DNA of 39,004 bases from Phycisphaerales bacterium (GTDB lineage: Bacteria; Planctomycetota; Phycisphaerae; SM23-33): positions 1-39,004 of the forward strand of contig PMYM01000101.1 in NCBI GenBank assembly GCA_003171235.1, in the 5' to 3' direction. The notes below the pieces were generated by a model. That model was not told where the DNA came from and did not search any database. It was given only the letters and a program-made list of their open reading frames with translations. Position 1 is the first letter of the stretch. The number at the start of each line of letters is the position of its first letter. This document shows positions 1-7,798 of this stretch, one piece after another. A program made the position numbers and the translations under genes.

Positions 1-80
1 GGCCTGCGGCAAAATCCGCTCCGTCGCGGCCCGTGTAGGTTCTGTTAGAGCCCCTAAGGCGGGGCAAGTTCCGGCCGGTG

Positions 81-1445
81 CTACTGCACCAGGAAGATGG
101 CGTGGGACATGGCCGGATTGCCGCCGGGATAGTTGATCGTGATGCTGCTGTTGCCTTGGACGCTCAGCGTGTCGGAGATGAGTTGAATGTTACTCCAGTC
201 GCCGGTGCCGCCGATATCCAGCAGGGCATCGGGAAGGTAGAGCGCCCCGGAGAGCGAGATTTGGCTAGTGCCGCGGATGATCGCGGGGTTATTGTTGTCG
301 CGAGCCTGGAAAATCGAGACCTTCTGGTAGGTTTCGGCTATGTCGGCCGGGACGGTCGTGTCGCGCGTGGGGTCGAGAGGCCGGATGTCGATAGTGCCGT
401 TGCCGCCAAGGTTCATACTGCCCTTGCCGACGATGTAGAAGAGCACGCCTCCGGGGTTGGGATTATTGAGCCCGGGCTGGCGCACCAGCAAGTTGCCGCC
501 GTTGACATCCAACCCGGCCCCGTCCAGGACATACACCCCCGGCGCCAGGATGGCCGTTCCGTTGGTCATGGTGATGCCGCCGGAGTAGTACCCCGGCGTC
601 AGATGTACGGTGGCGTTGCCGGTTATCTTGACTTTTCCCAGGTCATTGTGCGTGTTGTATTCCGGGGCGGGCAGCAATGCAAAGGGATCCTCCACCCGCG
701 GCTGGCCGGTCAGGGCCTCGCCCTGGAAAGGCCAATGTCCGGAACTGGAGGTGCCGCCGGTGATGTTGGCCAGGTCCACGTCGATGGTAGCCCCGCCCTT
801 GGTGTTCACGGCATTACCGGCGATGGAGTTCACCTGCAGCGTTCCGCCTTGGATAATCAAGCTGGCGTTGCCGTTCATGGAGTAGGCGGCGGGCTGGGTG
901 TAGTTCAACACGATGACGGCGGCGTCGATCAAATCGCCCGTCATGGCGATGGCGGTGCGGGTGGCCTGGTAGCCGGGGACGCGGAATATCGGGCCGAAGA
1001 AGGCGATGATGTTGGGATTGGACGAGCCGGCGGCCCGTGTGGCGTTAACCATGACGGCGTTGCGCCGCCCGTAGAGGAGGTCTTGGGGGGCGATGGTGAA
1101 TTGACCGGTCGCGCGCTCATAATGGCCTATGACCAGGTCCTTGCCCATGACGTTGTTATCGTTGCGATTAAGCACCAGCGGCTGGCCGGTGACCAGGTTC
1201 AGCCCGGCAGTATTGACCGCCAGTGTGCGCGCGGTGGCGATGGCGTTGGGGTCGTTGAAAAGCACCTGGGTGGCGCCGGCCAGGGCGGCCGCGTCGGCCC
1301 CGTCCTGCAGCTTCATGGTCGCCACGACATAAAAGCCCGTGTCCACCGCCAGGCCCGCGAAGGCGAGCATCAGGGGGAATAAACAGACAGCCACCCATAT
1401 GTTGACAATGCCCCGCGCTCTCGATTTAGAGACGTGTCTCTTCAT
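81..1445 (-). CDS. TadG-like Flp/Tad pilus-assembly family protein (paralog 1)
   Basis: ORF 81..1523(-). Start trimmed to the ATG at 1445 (MKRHVSKSRARGIVNIW...) by alignment with the paralog at 6338. The N-terminus RGIVNIWVAVCLFPLMLAFAGLAVDTGFYVVATMKLQDGADAAALAGA matches the TadE/TadG-like N-terminal membrane-anchor motif. The remainder is Gly/Asn/Thr-rich and looks beta-helical. Confidence 0.75.
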   Translation of the reverse strand: MKRHVSKSRARGIVNIWVAVCLFPLMLAFAGLAVDTGFYVVATMKLQDGADAAALAGATQVLFNDPNAIATARTLAVNTAGLNLVTGQPLVLNRNDNNVMGKDLVIGHYERATGQFTIAPQDLLYGRRNAVMVNATRAAGSSNPNIIAFFGPIFRVPGYQATRTAIAMTGDLIDAAVIVLNYTQPAAYSMNGNASLIIQGGTLQVNSIAGNAVNTKGGATIDVDLANITGGTSSSGHWPFQGEALTGQPRVEDPFALLPAPEYNTHNDLGKVKITGNATVHLTPGYYSGGITMTNGTAILAPGVYVLDGAGLDVNGGNLLVRQPGLNNPNPGGVLFYIVGKGSMNLGGNGTIDIRPLDPTRDTTVPADIAETYQKVSIFQARDNNNPAIIRGTSQISLSGALYLPDALLDIGGTGDWSNIQLISDTLSVQGNSSITINYPGGNPAMSHAIFLVQ

Positions 1446-1490
1446 CGCTCTACTCCCCGCCACGGGTTGTGTGGCGTCCTTTGCAGGATG

Positions 1491-1575
1491 GCCCCAAATA
1501 CGCCTGGAGTTGCGACTAGCCATTAGATAATAACCTCAATCCAATCCAAAAAATCAAGCAAAAAAAGCTAAAAAA
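1491..1575 (-). promoter_or_regulatory. Putative promoter/5' leader of TadG-like paralog 1 (phased T-tracts plus conserved motifs)
   Basis: Read in coding orientation: T6-agc-T7-gcttga-T6GGA, then GAGGTTATTATC about 85 nt from the ATG, then GTATTTGGGGC about 50 nt from the ATG. The same ordered motifs occur upstream of paralog 2 (6214..6299). Confidence 0.3.
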
Positions 1576-1645
1576 CAATCGGCCAACTTCGCTGATGAAT
1601 AATAGCCGCATCAAACGATCATGGCCATGCCGCATTCCTGCCGCC

Positions 1646-1697
1646 TGCGGCCGAGACGGCCATGCCGCCTGTTGGACTCACGGCCGAGACGGCCGTG
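1646..1697. repeat. Two tandem GAGA-loop palindromic hairpins (REP-like family 1)
   Basis: Perfect palindrome CACGGCCGAGACGGCCGTG at 1679..1697, preceded by a degenerate copy TGCGGCCGAGACGGCCATG at 1646..1664. Located 20-70 nt downstream of the stop (1717) of a minus-strand gene. Confidence 0.7.
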
Positions 1698-1716
1698 CCA
1701 CTTTTTGAAGGGGCTG

Positions 1717-2763
1717 CTACGGGAATTCTCCTACCAGCTCCTGTCCTTTGCGGTCGACCGTGGGCAATTGCGTCTGGGGCCAGGCGTACAGGCTATATGC
1801 ATCGTCGCGATACACGCATTTCCATTGGGGATCCTTGTCCAGCAGTCCGGCCAGCCGGCTGCGGCCCTCGGCCAACACCAGGTCGGGGCGGTACTTCTGG
1901 AGCGTCTCCCGCCAGGTCGGCTTGCCATCATACATTTCGCAGATGGCTTCCATCACCCCGCCCTGGTAAGCCACCTCGTAGCGGCTGTCCAGCCCCACCT
2001 TTACGGCGGGATAGAGCTTCCAGGATACGAAAGAGCCGGCCCCATAGGGAGTCATCACCTTGCCGGAGAATTGCTGCTGCTGGAGGTATTCCACCGCCCC
2101 GACGGGATACATCAGGCTGCCAAAACGCTCCTTTTCCATGGCCGGCACGCACAGATGCCAGGGCTTCTTGTAGATGGTCAGCCCCAGGCAGAATATCGCC
2201 AGCACGGCAAAGACGGCCGTCACCAGCCTGGCCCGCCGCCGCCAGAACTCGTCGATCTTGCCCCCCAGCGGCGTCTGCTGCATCCATCCGGGAACGTAGC
2301 TGATCCAGGCCACGGCAAAGAGATTGGAGTGGCGCATATGCCTGGCCGCCGCCGCCGCGCACACCAGCACGATCAGGAGGCCCCGGCTGTTTGTCCAGCC
2401 GTTTTTCCAGAGGGCATAGGCCGTCACCATGAGCGCGACCAGGAAACTCGCCAGCAGCATCGGGTCTTTCCAGAGCGGCACCCATTCCGCTATGAGCGGG
2501 CGCGGCATGAACAGGCCGCGCCATAGGTAGCGGGCGTAGTCGGCCCCATAGGGATTGACCAGCACCAGGCCGAGCATGGCGGCCAAACCCGCCAGCAGGC
2601 GCCACTGCATTCCTCGCCGGCGAATCACTCCCTCCAACCAGTGGATGCCCACCAGCCCCAAGCCGACGACAAAACCCGCGTGCAGGTTCAGCCACAGCAC
2701 GTAGGCCCCCAGCCAGGCGGGCAGCCACCCACGCCGACCCCGCCAGTCGGCATCCAGCAGCAC
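1717..2763 (-). CDS. Polytopic membrane protein with C-terminal soluble domain, probably 5'-truncated or disrupted
   Basis: 348-aa ORF with several hydrophobic helices (AWLGAYVLWLNLHAGFVVGLGLVG, LLAGLAAMLGLVLV, LLASFLVALMVTAYAL, LLIVLVCAAAAA, LVTAVFAVLAIFCLGL) and high GC3. It begins at a GTG directly below a palindromic element, and no TM-rich N-terminus lies upstream in this frame. Confidence 0.55.
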   Translation of the reverse strand: MLLDADWRGRRGWLPAWLGAYVLWLNLHAGFVVGLGLVGIHWLEGVIRRRGMQWRLLAGLAAMLGLVLVNPYGADYARYLWRGLFMPRPLIAEWVPLWKDPMLLASFLVALMVTAYALWKNGWTNSRGLLIVLVCAAAAARHMRHSNLFAVAWISYVPGWMQQTPLGGKIDEFWRRRARLVTAVFAVLAIFCLGLTIYKKPWHLCVPAMEKERFGSLMYPVGAVEYLQQQQFSGKVMTPYGAGSFVSWKLYPAVKVGLDSRYEVAYQGGVMEAICEMYDGKPTWRETLQKYRPDLVLAEGRSRLAGLLDKDPQWKCVYRDDAYSLYAWPQTQLPTVDRKGQELVGEFP

Positions 2764-2774
2764 CAGATAACATT

Positions 2775-2808
2775 CGGGGCTGCGCCTCCCGTGGGTGGCA
2801 CAGCCCCG
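2775..2808. repeat. Palindromic element, family 2 (GGGGCTGCGCC...GGCACAGCCCC)
   Basis: CGGGGCTGCGCC-tcccgtgggt-GGCACAGCCCCG. The same arms occur at 5993..6023. The stem has one C.A mismatch on the plus strand, which becomes a G.U pair in a minus-strand transcript. Confidence 0.65.
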
Positions 2809-3252
2809 TTTGATCGACGGGTGAATGTAAGGCGTTTACTCCGGCAAGGACGGCGGCGCTGGGACAAGAATAGAGGAAGTTCTGGCCTGTAGCGCACCCA
2901 ACAGACCCTAGACATCTTGCTTTCTCGGCGTTTCGGACCACTTCTGACGCCGAGCGATTCTTCTTCATGCACTCCTTAAGTCAATGCCATAAAGGTGGGT
3001 AGGAGTAATAGAGCGTTCACCTTGTATTCGCATGTTTAAAAATCTGGAAATCCACCTATTTTCGGCCTAGGCAGGATTTGAGAGACCAGATAGAATAATC
3101 GTTTGCACATGGAGGTTCGAACGAGTCTGAACTGCTCGCTCAGGCGGGTTGTGCGGCTCGCTCAGTTAATAAAAGAAATCGGTTCCAGGGAAGGGGCAAG
3201 ATTTCAACGCTTGACCGGCGCCTTTCCGGTCGCTCAAAAAAGGAAGAAGCAA

Positions 3253-3882
3253 ATGAGAGGATTTGCTATTTGTACGCTCCTGGTATTGGTCGCCAGTTCA
3301 ACGGTGTGGGCGTCTCCCTTAGGTCTGACAACAGGATATCCAGACGTGAACGCCAGCAGCAGCATTCAGACAACCTACGCCGCCTCCACCGACACATTCA
3401 CGGTGACGGGATTCCTGACGCAGTTCACCAAGACTTCCTTGCCGGCCGACAGTCACACCGCCAGCGGCAGCTACACCCTCACGGCGACCGTCAATGATTC
3501 GGGCGCATTGGTCACCGGAATACTGTTAGTTACCGGCTCAGTGAACGACCTGGGGTTTCATTCACCAAGCGATCCGGGGCTGCTCAAGGTAAACCTGACG
3601 CAGTTTGGCTTCTCGGGGAGCCAGAACAGCACTGTTTTTGAGTTCATCGGGAACGTGACAGGCGGGTCTCTGTCGAGCTATTACTCTACCGGTCAGGTTG
3701 GGATTGTACTTAATCCAGGAACGGGCACGAATTTCGGCGGTTCGTTCGCCTCTGATTTTCACGGGGGCTCGGCCGGAGCTGGCACCGTGGACAATTTTGG
3801 CGTTCCAGAGCCGGCTACGCTGGGTTTGCTTCTGGCGGGTGGAGTGGCCCTGCTTGCCCGCCGCCGGCGGAAGAGTTGCTGA
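3253..3882 (+). CDS. PEP-CTERM sorting-domain secreted protein
   Basis: ATG at 3253 preceded by aaaaggaagaagcaa. Signal peptide MRGFAICTLLVLVASSTVWA. C-terminus VPEPATLGLLLAGGVALLARRRRK is a canonical PEP-CTERM (PEP + TM + Arg cluster). Confidence 0.8.
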   Translation: MRGFAICTLLVLVASSTVWASPLGLTTGYPDVNASSSIQTTYAASTDTFTVTGFLTQFTKTSLPADSHTASGSYTLTATVNDSGALVTGILLVTGSVNDLGFHSPSDPGLLKVNLTQFGFSGSQNSTVFEFIGNVTGGSLSSYYSTGQVGIVLNPGTGTNFGGSFASDFHGGSAGAGTVDNFGVPEPATLGLLLAGGVALLARRRRKSC

Positions 3883-4048
3883 GTTTTCATGTCTTGTCAG
3901 TGGACAAGCTGGAGGCGCAATTGAGCCTTCAGACAAGACATCTAGCGTAACGTGGAGATGGATCTTCCCTAATTGACCAAGTGAGCAGCCGCTCTTGTTC
4001 TACAAACACGGAGACGGGCAGAGCGGTTATTACGAAAGCGAGGATGTG

Positions 4049-5833
4049 ATGGCACGGCACGGTATTCTGCGAAAAAAGGTTGATTCATTACGTAAGTGGT
4101 TCCAGCCGCGCGGCGCGGTCAGTTCACCAATGCTCGAAACAATGGAAGAGCGGCTGTTGCTGTCGACCACCCTGCTGGGGCTGCAACCGCAGGCGCCCTT
4201 CCTGGCATACGACCACAATGGGCAATTGAATTACACGGCGGCCACGCAGTCGTTGGCCATCACCGCCACGCCGCTTTCCTTTCAACTGGATTCTTCAACC
4301 CCGCCGGCTGTGGCCGTTGGGCCTGGCTCTCTTGCCATCAACATCCAGGTGGATAATGACGGCAACCTGATTGGCGGAGTGAGCGGCGACGACCTGGTGA
4401 TCCAGGGCGGCATTGACCTGAACGGCGACGGCGTCGCTGACGTATCCGGAACGCTGCTTACCGGCGAAATTGCCGCTTTCGGGGCCGAGGCGACCGGCAC
4501 GAACGTGGCCAAGTATGATTTCCTTTTCACGCCGACGGGCGGACAACTGGCGTCCTATTACAGCGGGCAGGAACTGGGAATCGTCATGACCAGCGAGCAT
4601 TCCACGTTCACTGGCGATTTCCACGTCGATTCTTCCGGCGGGGCCAAGGGCAACGTGGGCGGCGTCGGGTTTGTGGCCATGCCGGCATCGCTGGGCGATT
4701 TCGTCTGGCACGACATGTACCACGGGCCGACGCACCTGGTGGACGGCGTGCAGGATGCCGGCGAACCCGGTCTGACCGGCGTCACTGTCAACCTGCTGAA
4801 CGGCAGCGGGAACTTCCTCGAGTCGACCACGACAGACGCCAGCGGCTATTATTTCTTCGGCGGACTGTCGCCCGATACGTACATCGTGGAAGTCGCCCCC
4901 GCGAATTTCCAGGCAGGCGGCAGCCTGGAAGGCTGGTATGCCACGCTTCAAGACCAAGGCAATGACGCCACCGACAGCGACGGCAATCCCGTTACGCACC
5001 GTTCCGGCCCGGTCACGCTGGCTTCCGGCGAGAACAATCCGACCGTGGACTTCGGCTTCTTCACAACCGGTATCGAACTGACCAAGACCGGTTCCGCCAC
5101 CGTTTGTCCAGGCGGAACGATCACCTATCACTTCACCGTCACCAATACCGGAGACGTGGTGCTGCACGGCGGGGCGCACGTGTATGACGCCCTGCTGAAC
5201 CCCTGCGGCAGCCATGAAATCTGGAGCAGCGTAATGCAGCCGGGCGATGTGGTGACTTTCGACAAGACGTACAAACTCACCTGCAAGGACACCGGCAAGG
5301 TGGTGAACACTGCCCAGGCGGTAGGCCATCCCATCGGTCCGAACGGCACGGCCCTGGACCTGGTCTATGATGACGCCTCATGGACGACGCAAATTACCTC
5401 GAACAGCCAGAAGCTCTCCAGCATTGCCGGCAGCGTTTACGTCGATTCCGACAATGACGGCCGGCAGGACCGGGGCGAAAGAGGCATCAGCGGCGTCACA
5501 ATCGTTCTGACGGGTGTGGACATGTACGGCAACCAGGTGCATTGCACCACGCGATCCGACTGCGAGGGCAATTACTCCTTCAAGAACCTGCTGGCCGGAA
5601 CCTATACGGTCACCGAGGTTCAACCCGGGAGCTATGTTGACGGCAAGGACAGCCTCGGCAGCCTCGGCGGCGTGCTGGGCAACGACAAGTTCTCACAGAT
5701 CAAGTTGCCGGGAGGCACGCAGGCGGTCGATTATGATTTCGGCGAGCGCCTCAAGACATGCCATCGGCCAAGTTGGCATTTCAATTGCGGAAGCTTCATT
5801 TGCCTGGACTTCAGCAGGCTCTTCGGCTGCTGA
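4049..5833 (+). CDS. Large secreted adhesin-like protein (SdrD B-like / DUF11-like repeats)
   Basis: ATG at 4049 (gaaagcgaggatgtg ATG). LETMEERLLLS motif near the N-terminus. Two SdrD/Cna-B-like modules (GDFVWHD...DGVQDAGEPGLTGVTVNLL...DASGYYFFGGLSPDTYIVEV and IAGSVYVDSDNDGRQDRGERGISGVTIVLTGVD...GNYSFKNLLAGTYTVTEV). One DUF11-like module (LTKTGSATVCPGGTITYHFTVTNTGDVVL). Confidence 0.85.
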   Translation: MARHGILRKKVDSLRKWFQPRGAVSSPMLETMEERLLLSTTLLGLQPQAPFLAYDHNGQLNYTAATQSLAITATPLSFQLDSSTPPAVAVGPGSLAINIQVDNDGNLIGGVSGDDLVIQGGIDLNGDGVADVSGTLLTGEIAAFGAEATGTNVAKYDFLFTPTGGQLASYYSGQELGIVMTSEHSTFTGDFHVDSSGGAKGNVGGVGFVAMPASLGDFVWHDMYHGPTHLVDGVQDAGEPGLTGVTVNLLNGSGNFLESTTTDASGYYFFGGLSPDTYIVEVAPANFQAGGSLEGWYATLQDQGNDATDSDGNPVTHRSGPVTLASGENNPTVDFGFFTTGIELTKTGSATVCPGGTITYHFTVTNTGDVVLHGGAHVYDALLNPCGSHEIWSSVMQPGDVVTFDKTYKLTCKDTGKVVNTAQAVGHPIGPNGTALDLVYDDASWTTQITSNSQKLSSIAGSVYVDSDNDGRQDRGERGISGVTIVLTGVDMYGNQVHCTTRSDCEGNYSFKNLLAGTYTVTEVQPGSYVDGKDSLGSLGGVLGNDKFSQIKLPGGTQAVDYDFGERLKTCHRPSWHFNCGSFICLDFSRLFGC

Positions 5834-5992
5834 CCCAGAGATTGTTGCAGAATAGCAAGACGCCCTTTCCGGGGCCGGTCGCGGTTGACGAAACGGTGAT
5901 CGGCCCCGATGTTCATTTTAATCCCGGCAGTTTACCGCATAATCGGCCACCTTATGAGGACTTCGCGCGGGCGGCATGTGCGGACATGTAAA

Positions 5993-6023
5993 CGGGGCTG
6001 CGCCTCTGTCAGGCACAGCCCCG
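5993..6023. repeat. Palindromic element, family 2 (second copy)
   Basis: CGGGGCTGCGCC-tctgtca-GGCACAGCCCCG, in the same orientation as the copy at 2775..2808. Intergenic, 160 nt after the adhesin stop. Confidence 0.65.
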
Positions 6024-6041
6024 CTTTAACATCAACTTGAA

Positions 6042-6067
6042 TTGCCGCAGGCGAACCTGTGCGGCAA
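6042..6067. terminator. Stem-loop (8-bp stem TTGCCGCA/TGCGGCAA, 10-nt loop)
   Basis: Seen directly in the sequence. Lies between the adhesin gene and TadG-like paralog 2, and 5 nt past the stop of a possible small minus-strand ORF. No clear U-tract. Confidence 0.3.
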
Positions 6068-6213
6068 GGCGCTTATTCCGGAAGTTCCGGAGGTGCGGGG
6101 AATTCCACTTCCTGGCCGACGCCTTCCTGCGTATATTCGGCCCGGATGGAGTTACGCACGTCGTTGACCGCTCCGCCGGGCACGAACTCCACGCCCATAG
6201 CGGGGCCTTGTCG

Positions 6214-6299
6214 TTTTTTTGGAGAAAATCCTACCTTTTTTCCGAAAAAGAGGATTATGATTCTTGTGTACGGTGACATACCAAAATCTGTATTGGGGC
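6214..6299 (+). promoter_or_regulatory. Putative promoter/5' leader of TadG-like paralog 2
   Basis: T7GGA at 6214..6223, T6 at 6236..6241, GAGGATTATGATTC about 80 nt from the ATG, and GTATTGGGGC at 6290..6299. Same order and similar spacing as upstream of paralog 1. Confidence 0.3.
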
Positions 6300-6337
6300 T
6301 GCCATTAAGGCAGCGCAAGCCCTTGCGGGTGAGAGAC

Positions 6338-7648
6338 ATGAACATGTCTAGAGCGAGAGGCATTGTCAACATCTGGGTGGCTCTCTGTTTCCCGCTGTTT
6401 ATAGCCTTCGCAGGCTTGGCGGTGGACACCGGTTTCTGTGTCGTGTCCACGATGAAGCTGCAGGACGCGGCTGATGCCGCGGCCCTGGCGGGCGCTAGCC
6501 AGGTGTTGTTCAACACCGACACCGCCATCTCCGCCGCCCGCGACGCCACGGTCAACACAGGTAAAGCGAACTACGTGGGCGGGCTGGCCCTGCAACTGAA
6601 CCGGAACGATGGCAACTCCCTGACCGGCGAGGTTGTCGTGGGCCACTACGACCGCGCCACCAGCGCCTTCACTAACGCGCCTGGGGATCTGGCCTACGGG
6701 CGGCGCAATGCCGTCATGGTCAACGCCACACGGGCCGATGGTTCGTCCAATCCCAAACTGCCCGCTTTCTTCGGCCCGATCTTTGGCGTTTCCGGCTATT
6801 CCGCCACCCGCACCGCCATCGCCATGACCGGCAACCTGGAGGGGGATGGCGTCATCGTCCTCAACCCCCACGACCCCGGCGCCTTGCACATGAACGGCAA
6901 TCCGACCCTGACGATCAGTGGCGGGAACCTCCAGGTCAATTCCGACGCCAGCGATGCCGTGTCCACCAATGGGAAGCCTACCATAGACGTGGACCTGGCC
7001 GAGATCACCGGCGGTATCTCCAGTGTTGGTCCTTTCACGGGCGAGGTTCTAACCGGCCAGTCCCGCGTGGAGGACCCGCTGGCGGCCCTGCCGGCGCCGG
7101 CCATTGGGACAGACCTGGGAAAAATCAGGGTGACCGGCAACAAGACGGTCAACCTGCAGCCCGGGTACTATTCCGGCGGCATTACGATAACGAGCGGCTC
7201 GGCCGTCCTGGCCCCGGGCGTTTACGTCCTGGGCGGGGCCGGGTTGGACCTGGGCGGCAACGCCAACCTGGACGCCCAAGGCGTGATGTTCTATATCGTG
7301 GGCAGCGGTGCGGTGAACCTCAAGGGCAACGGCGCTGTCAATATCCGGGCCATGGACCCTAACATTGACCATACGGTCCCGGCCGATATAGCCGAAACCT
7401 ACCAGGGCGTTGCCTTCTTCCAGGCCCGCACCAACACAAATGCATCCTCAATCAGTGGCACCAAGGACACCGTTATCGACGGGACGGTTTACTTTCCCGC
7501 CACCAGCCTGGACCTGGGCGGTAATGCCAGTTGGAAATGCACGCAAGTCATCGCCGATACGGTCAGCGTCTCCGGCAACGGGGACATCATGGTAGATTAC
7601 GACGGCCGGTTCCCAGCCTTGTCTCACGCCATCTTCCTGGTGAAGTAA
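6338..7648 (+). CDS. TadG-like Flp/Tad pilus-assembly family protein (paralog 2)
   Basis: ORF 6059..7648, start trimmed to the ATG at 6338 (MNMSRARGIVNIWVALCFPLFIAFAGLAVDTGF...). Collinear with the 81..1445(-) protein along its whole length, roughly 60-65% identity by eye, down to the shared C-terminus ...SHAIFLV(Q/K). Confidence 0.8.
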   Translation: MNMSRARGIVNIWVALCFPLFIAFAGLAVDTGFCVVSTMKLQDAADAAALAGASQVLFNTDTAISAARDATVNTGKANYVGGLALQLNRNDGNSLTGEVVVGHYDRATSAFTNAPGDLAYGRRNAVMVNATRADGSSNPKLPAFFGPIFGVSGYSATRTAIAMTGNLEGDGVIVLNPHDPGALHMNGNPTLTISGGNLQVNSDASDAVSTNGKPTIDVDLAEITGGISSVGPFTGEVLTGQSRVEDPLAALPAPAIGTDLGKIRVTGNKTVNLQPGYYSGGITITSGSAVLAPGVYVLGGAGLDLGGNANLDAQGVMFYIVGSGAVNLKGNGAVNIRAMDPNIDHTVPADIAETYQGVAFFQARTNTNASSISGTKDTVIDGTVYFPATSLDLGGNASWKCTQVIADTVSVSGNGDIMVDYDGRFPALSHAIFLVK

Positions 7649-7798
7649 ACGGGCCTGTCCCAGGCTCTAACGCACCACTGATGCCACACCCCATAAGTAT
7701 CCTATCCCGATTGGCTTGGCCGCTGGGCAGAATGTATGTTGCTTGTGTGTGATCTGCGGTCGGGCAAGGCAAGGCCTGGCCGCACTGGAGAGTGGCAC

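Noticed and set aside
45-55. Shared 11-mer AGAGCCCCTAA near the ends of two genes (45-55 and 9198-9208), considered as a possible common terminator or att-like motif.
   Set aside because: An 11-nt exact match is expected hundreds of times by chance in a 39-kb self-comparison. The flanks do not align in either orientation.
1679-1697. GAGA-loop hairpins as canonical rho-independent terminators.
   Set aside because: On the transcribed (minus) strand none of the copies (1679, 9293, 33715) is followed by a U-tract. They are reported as REP-like structured repeats instead. Only the palindrome at 11882-11913 has flanking T/A runs.
5514-5991. A frameshifted PEP-CTERM tail or extra domain for the adhesin in ORFs 5514-5855(+) and 5758-5991(+), prompted by its odd Cys-rich ending (...CHRPSWHFNCGSFICLDFSRLFGC).
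   Set aside because: Neither alternative frame encodes a PEP/TM/Arg-cluster or any repeat homologous to the upstream domains, so there is no evidence for a frameshift.
6059-6337. The 93-aa N-terminal extension of TadG-like paralog 2 implied by the longest ORF. The same question arises for 1446-1523, 3103-3252, 3995-4048, 7736-7798, 10766-10810, 11693-11827 and 33513-33710.
   Set aside because: The paralog alignment, signal/anchor positions and RBS locations all support the internal start codons. The extensions run through T-tract and palindrome-rich non-coding-looking sequence.
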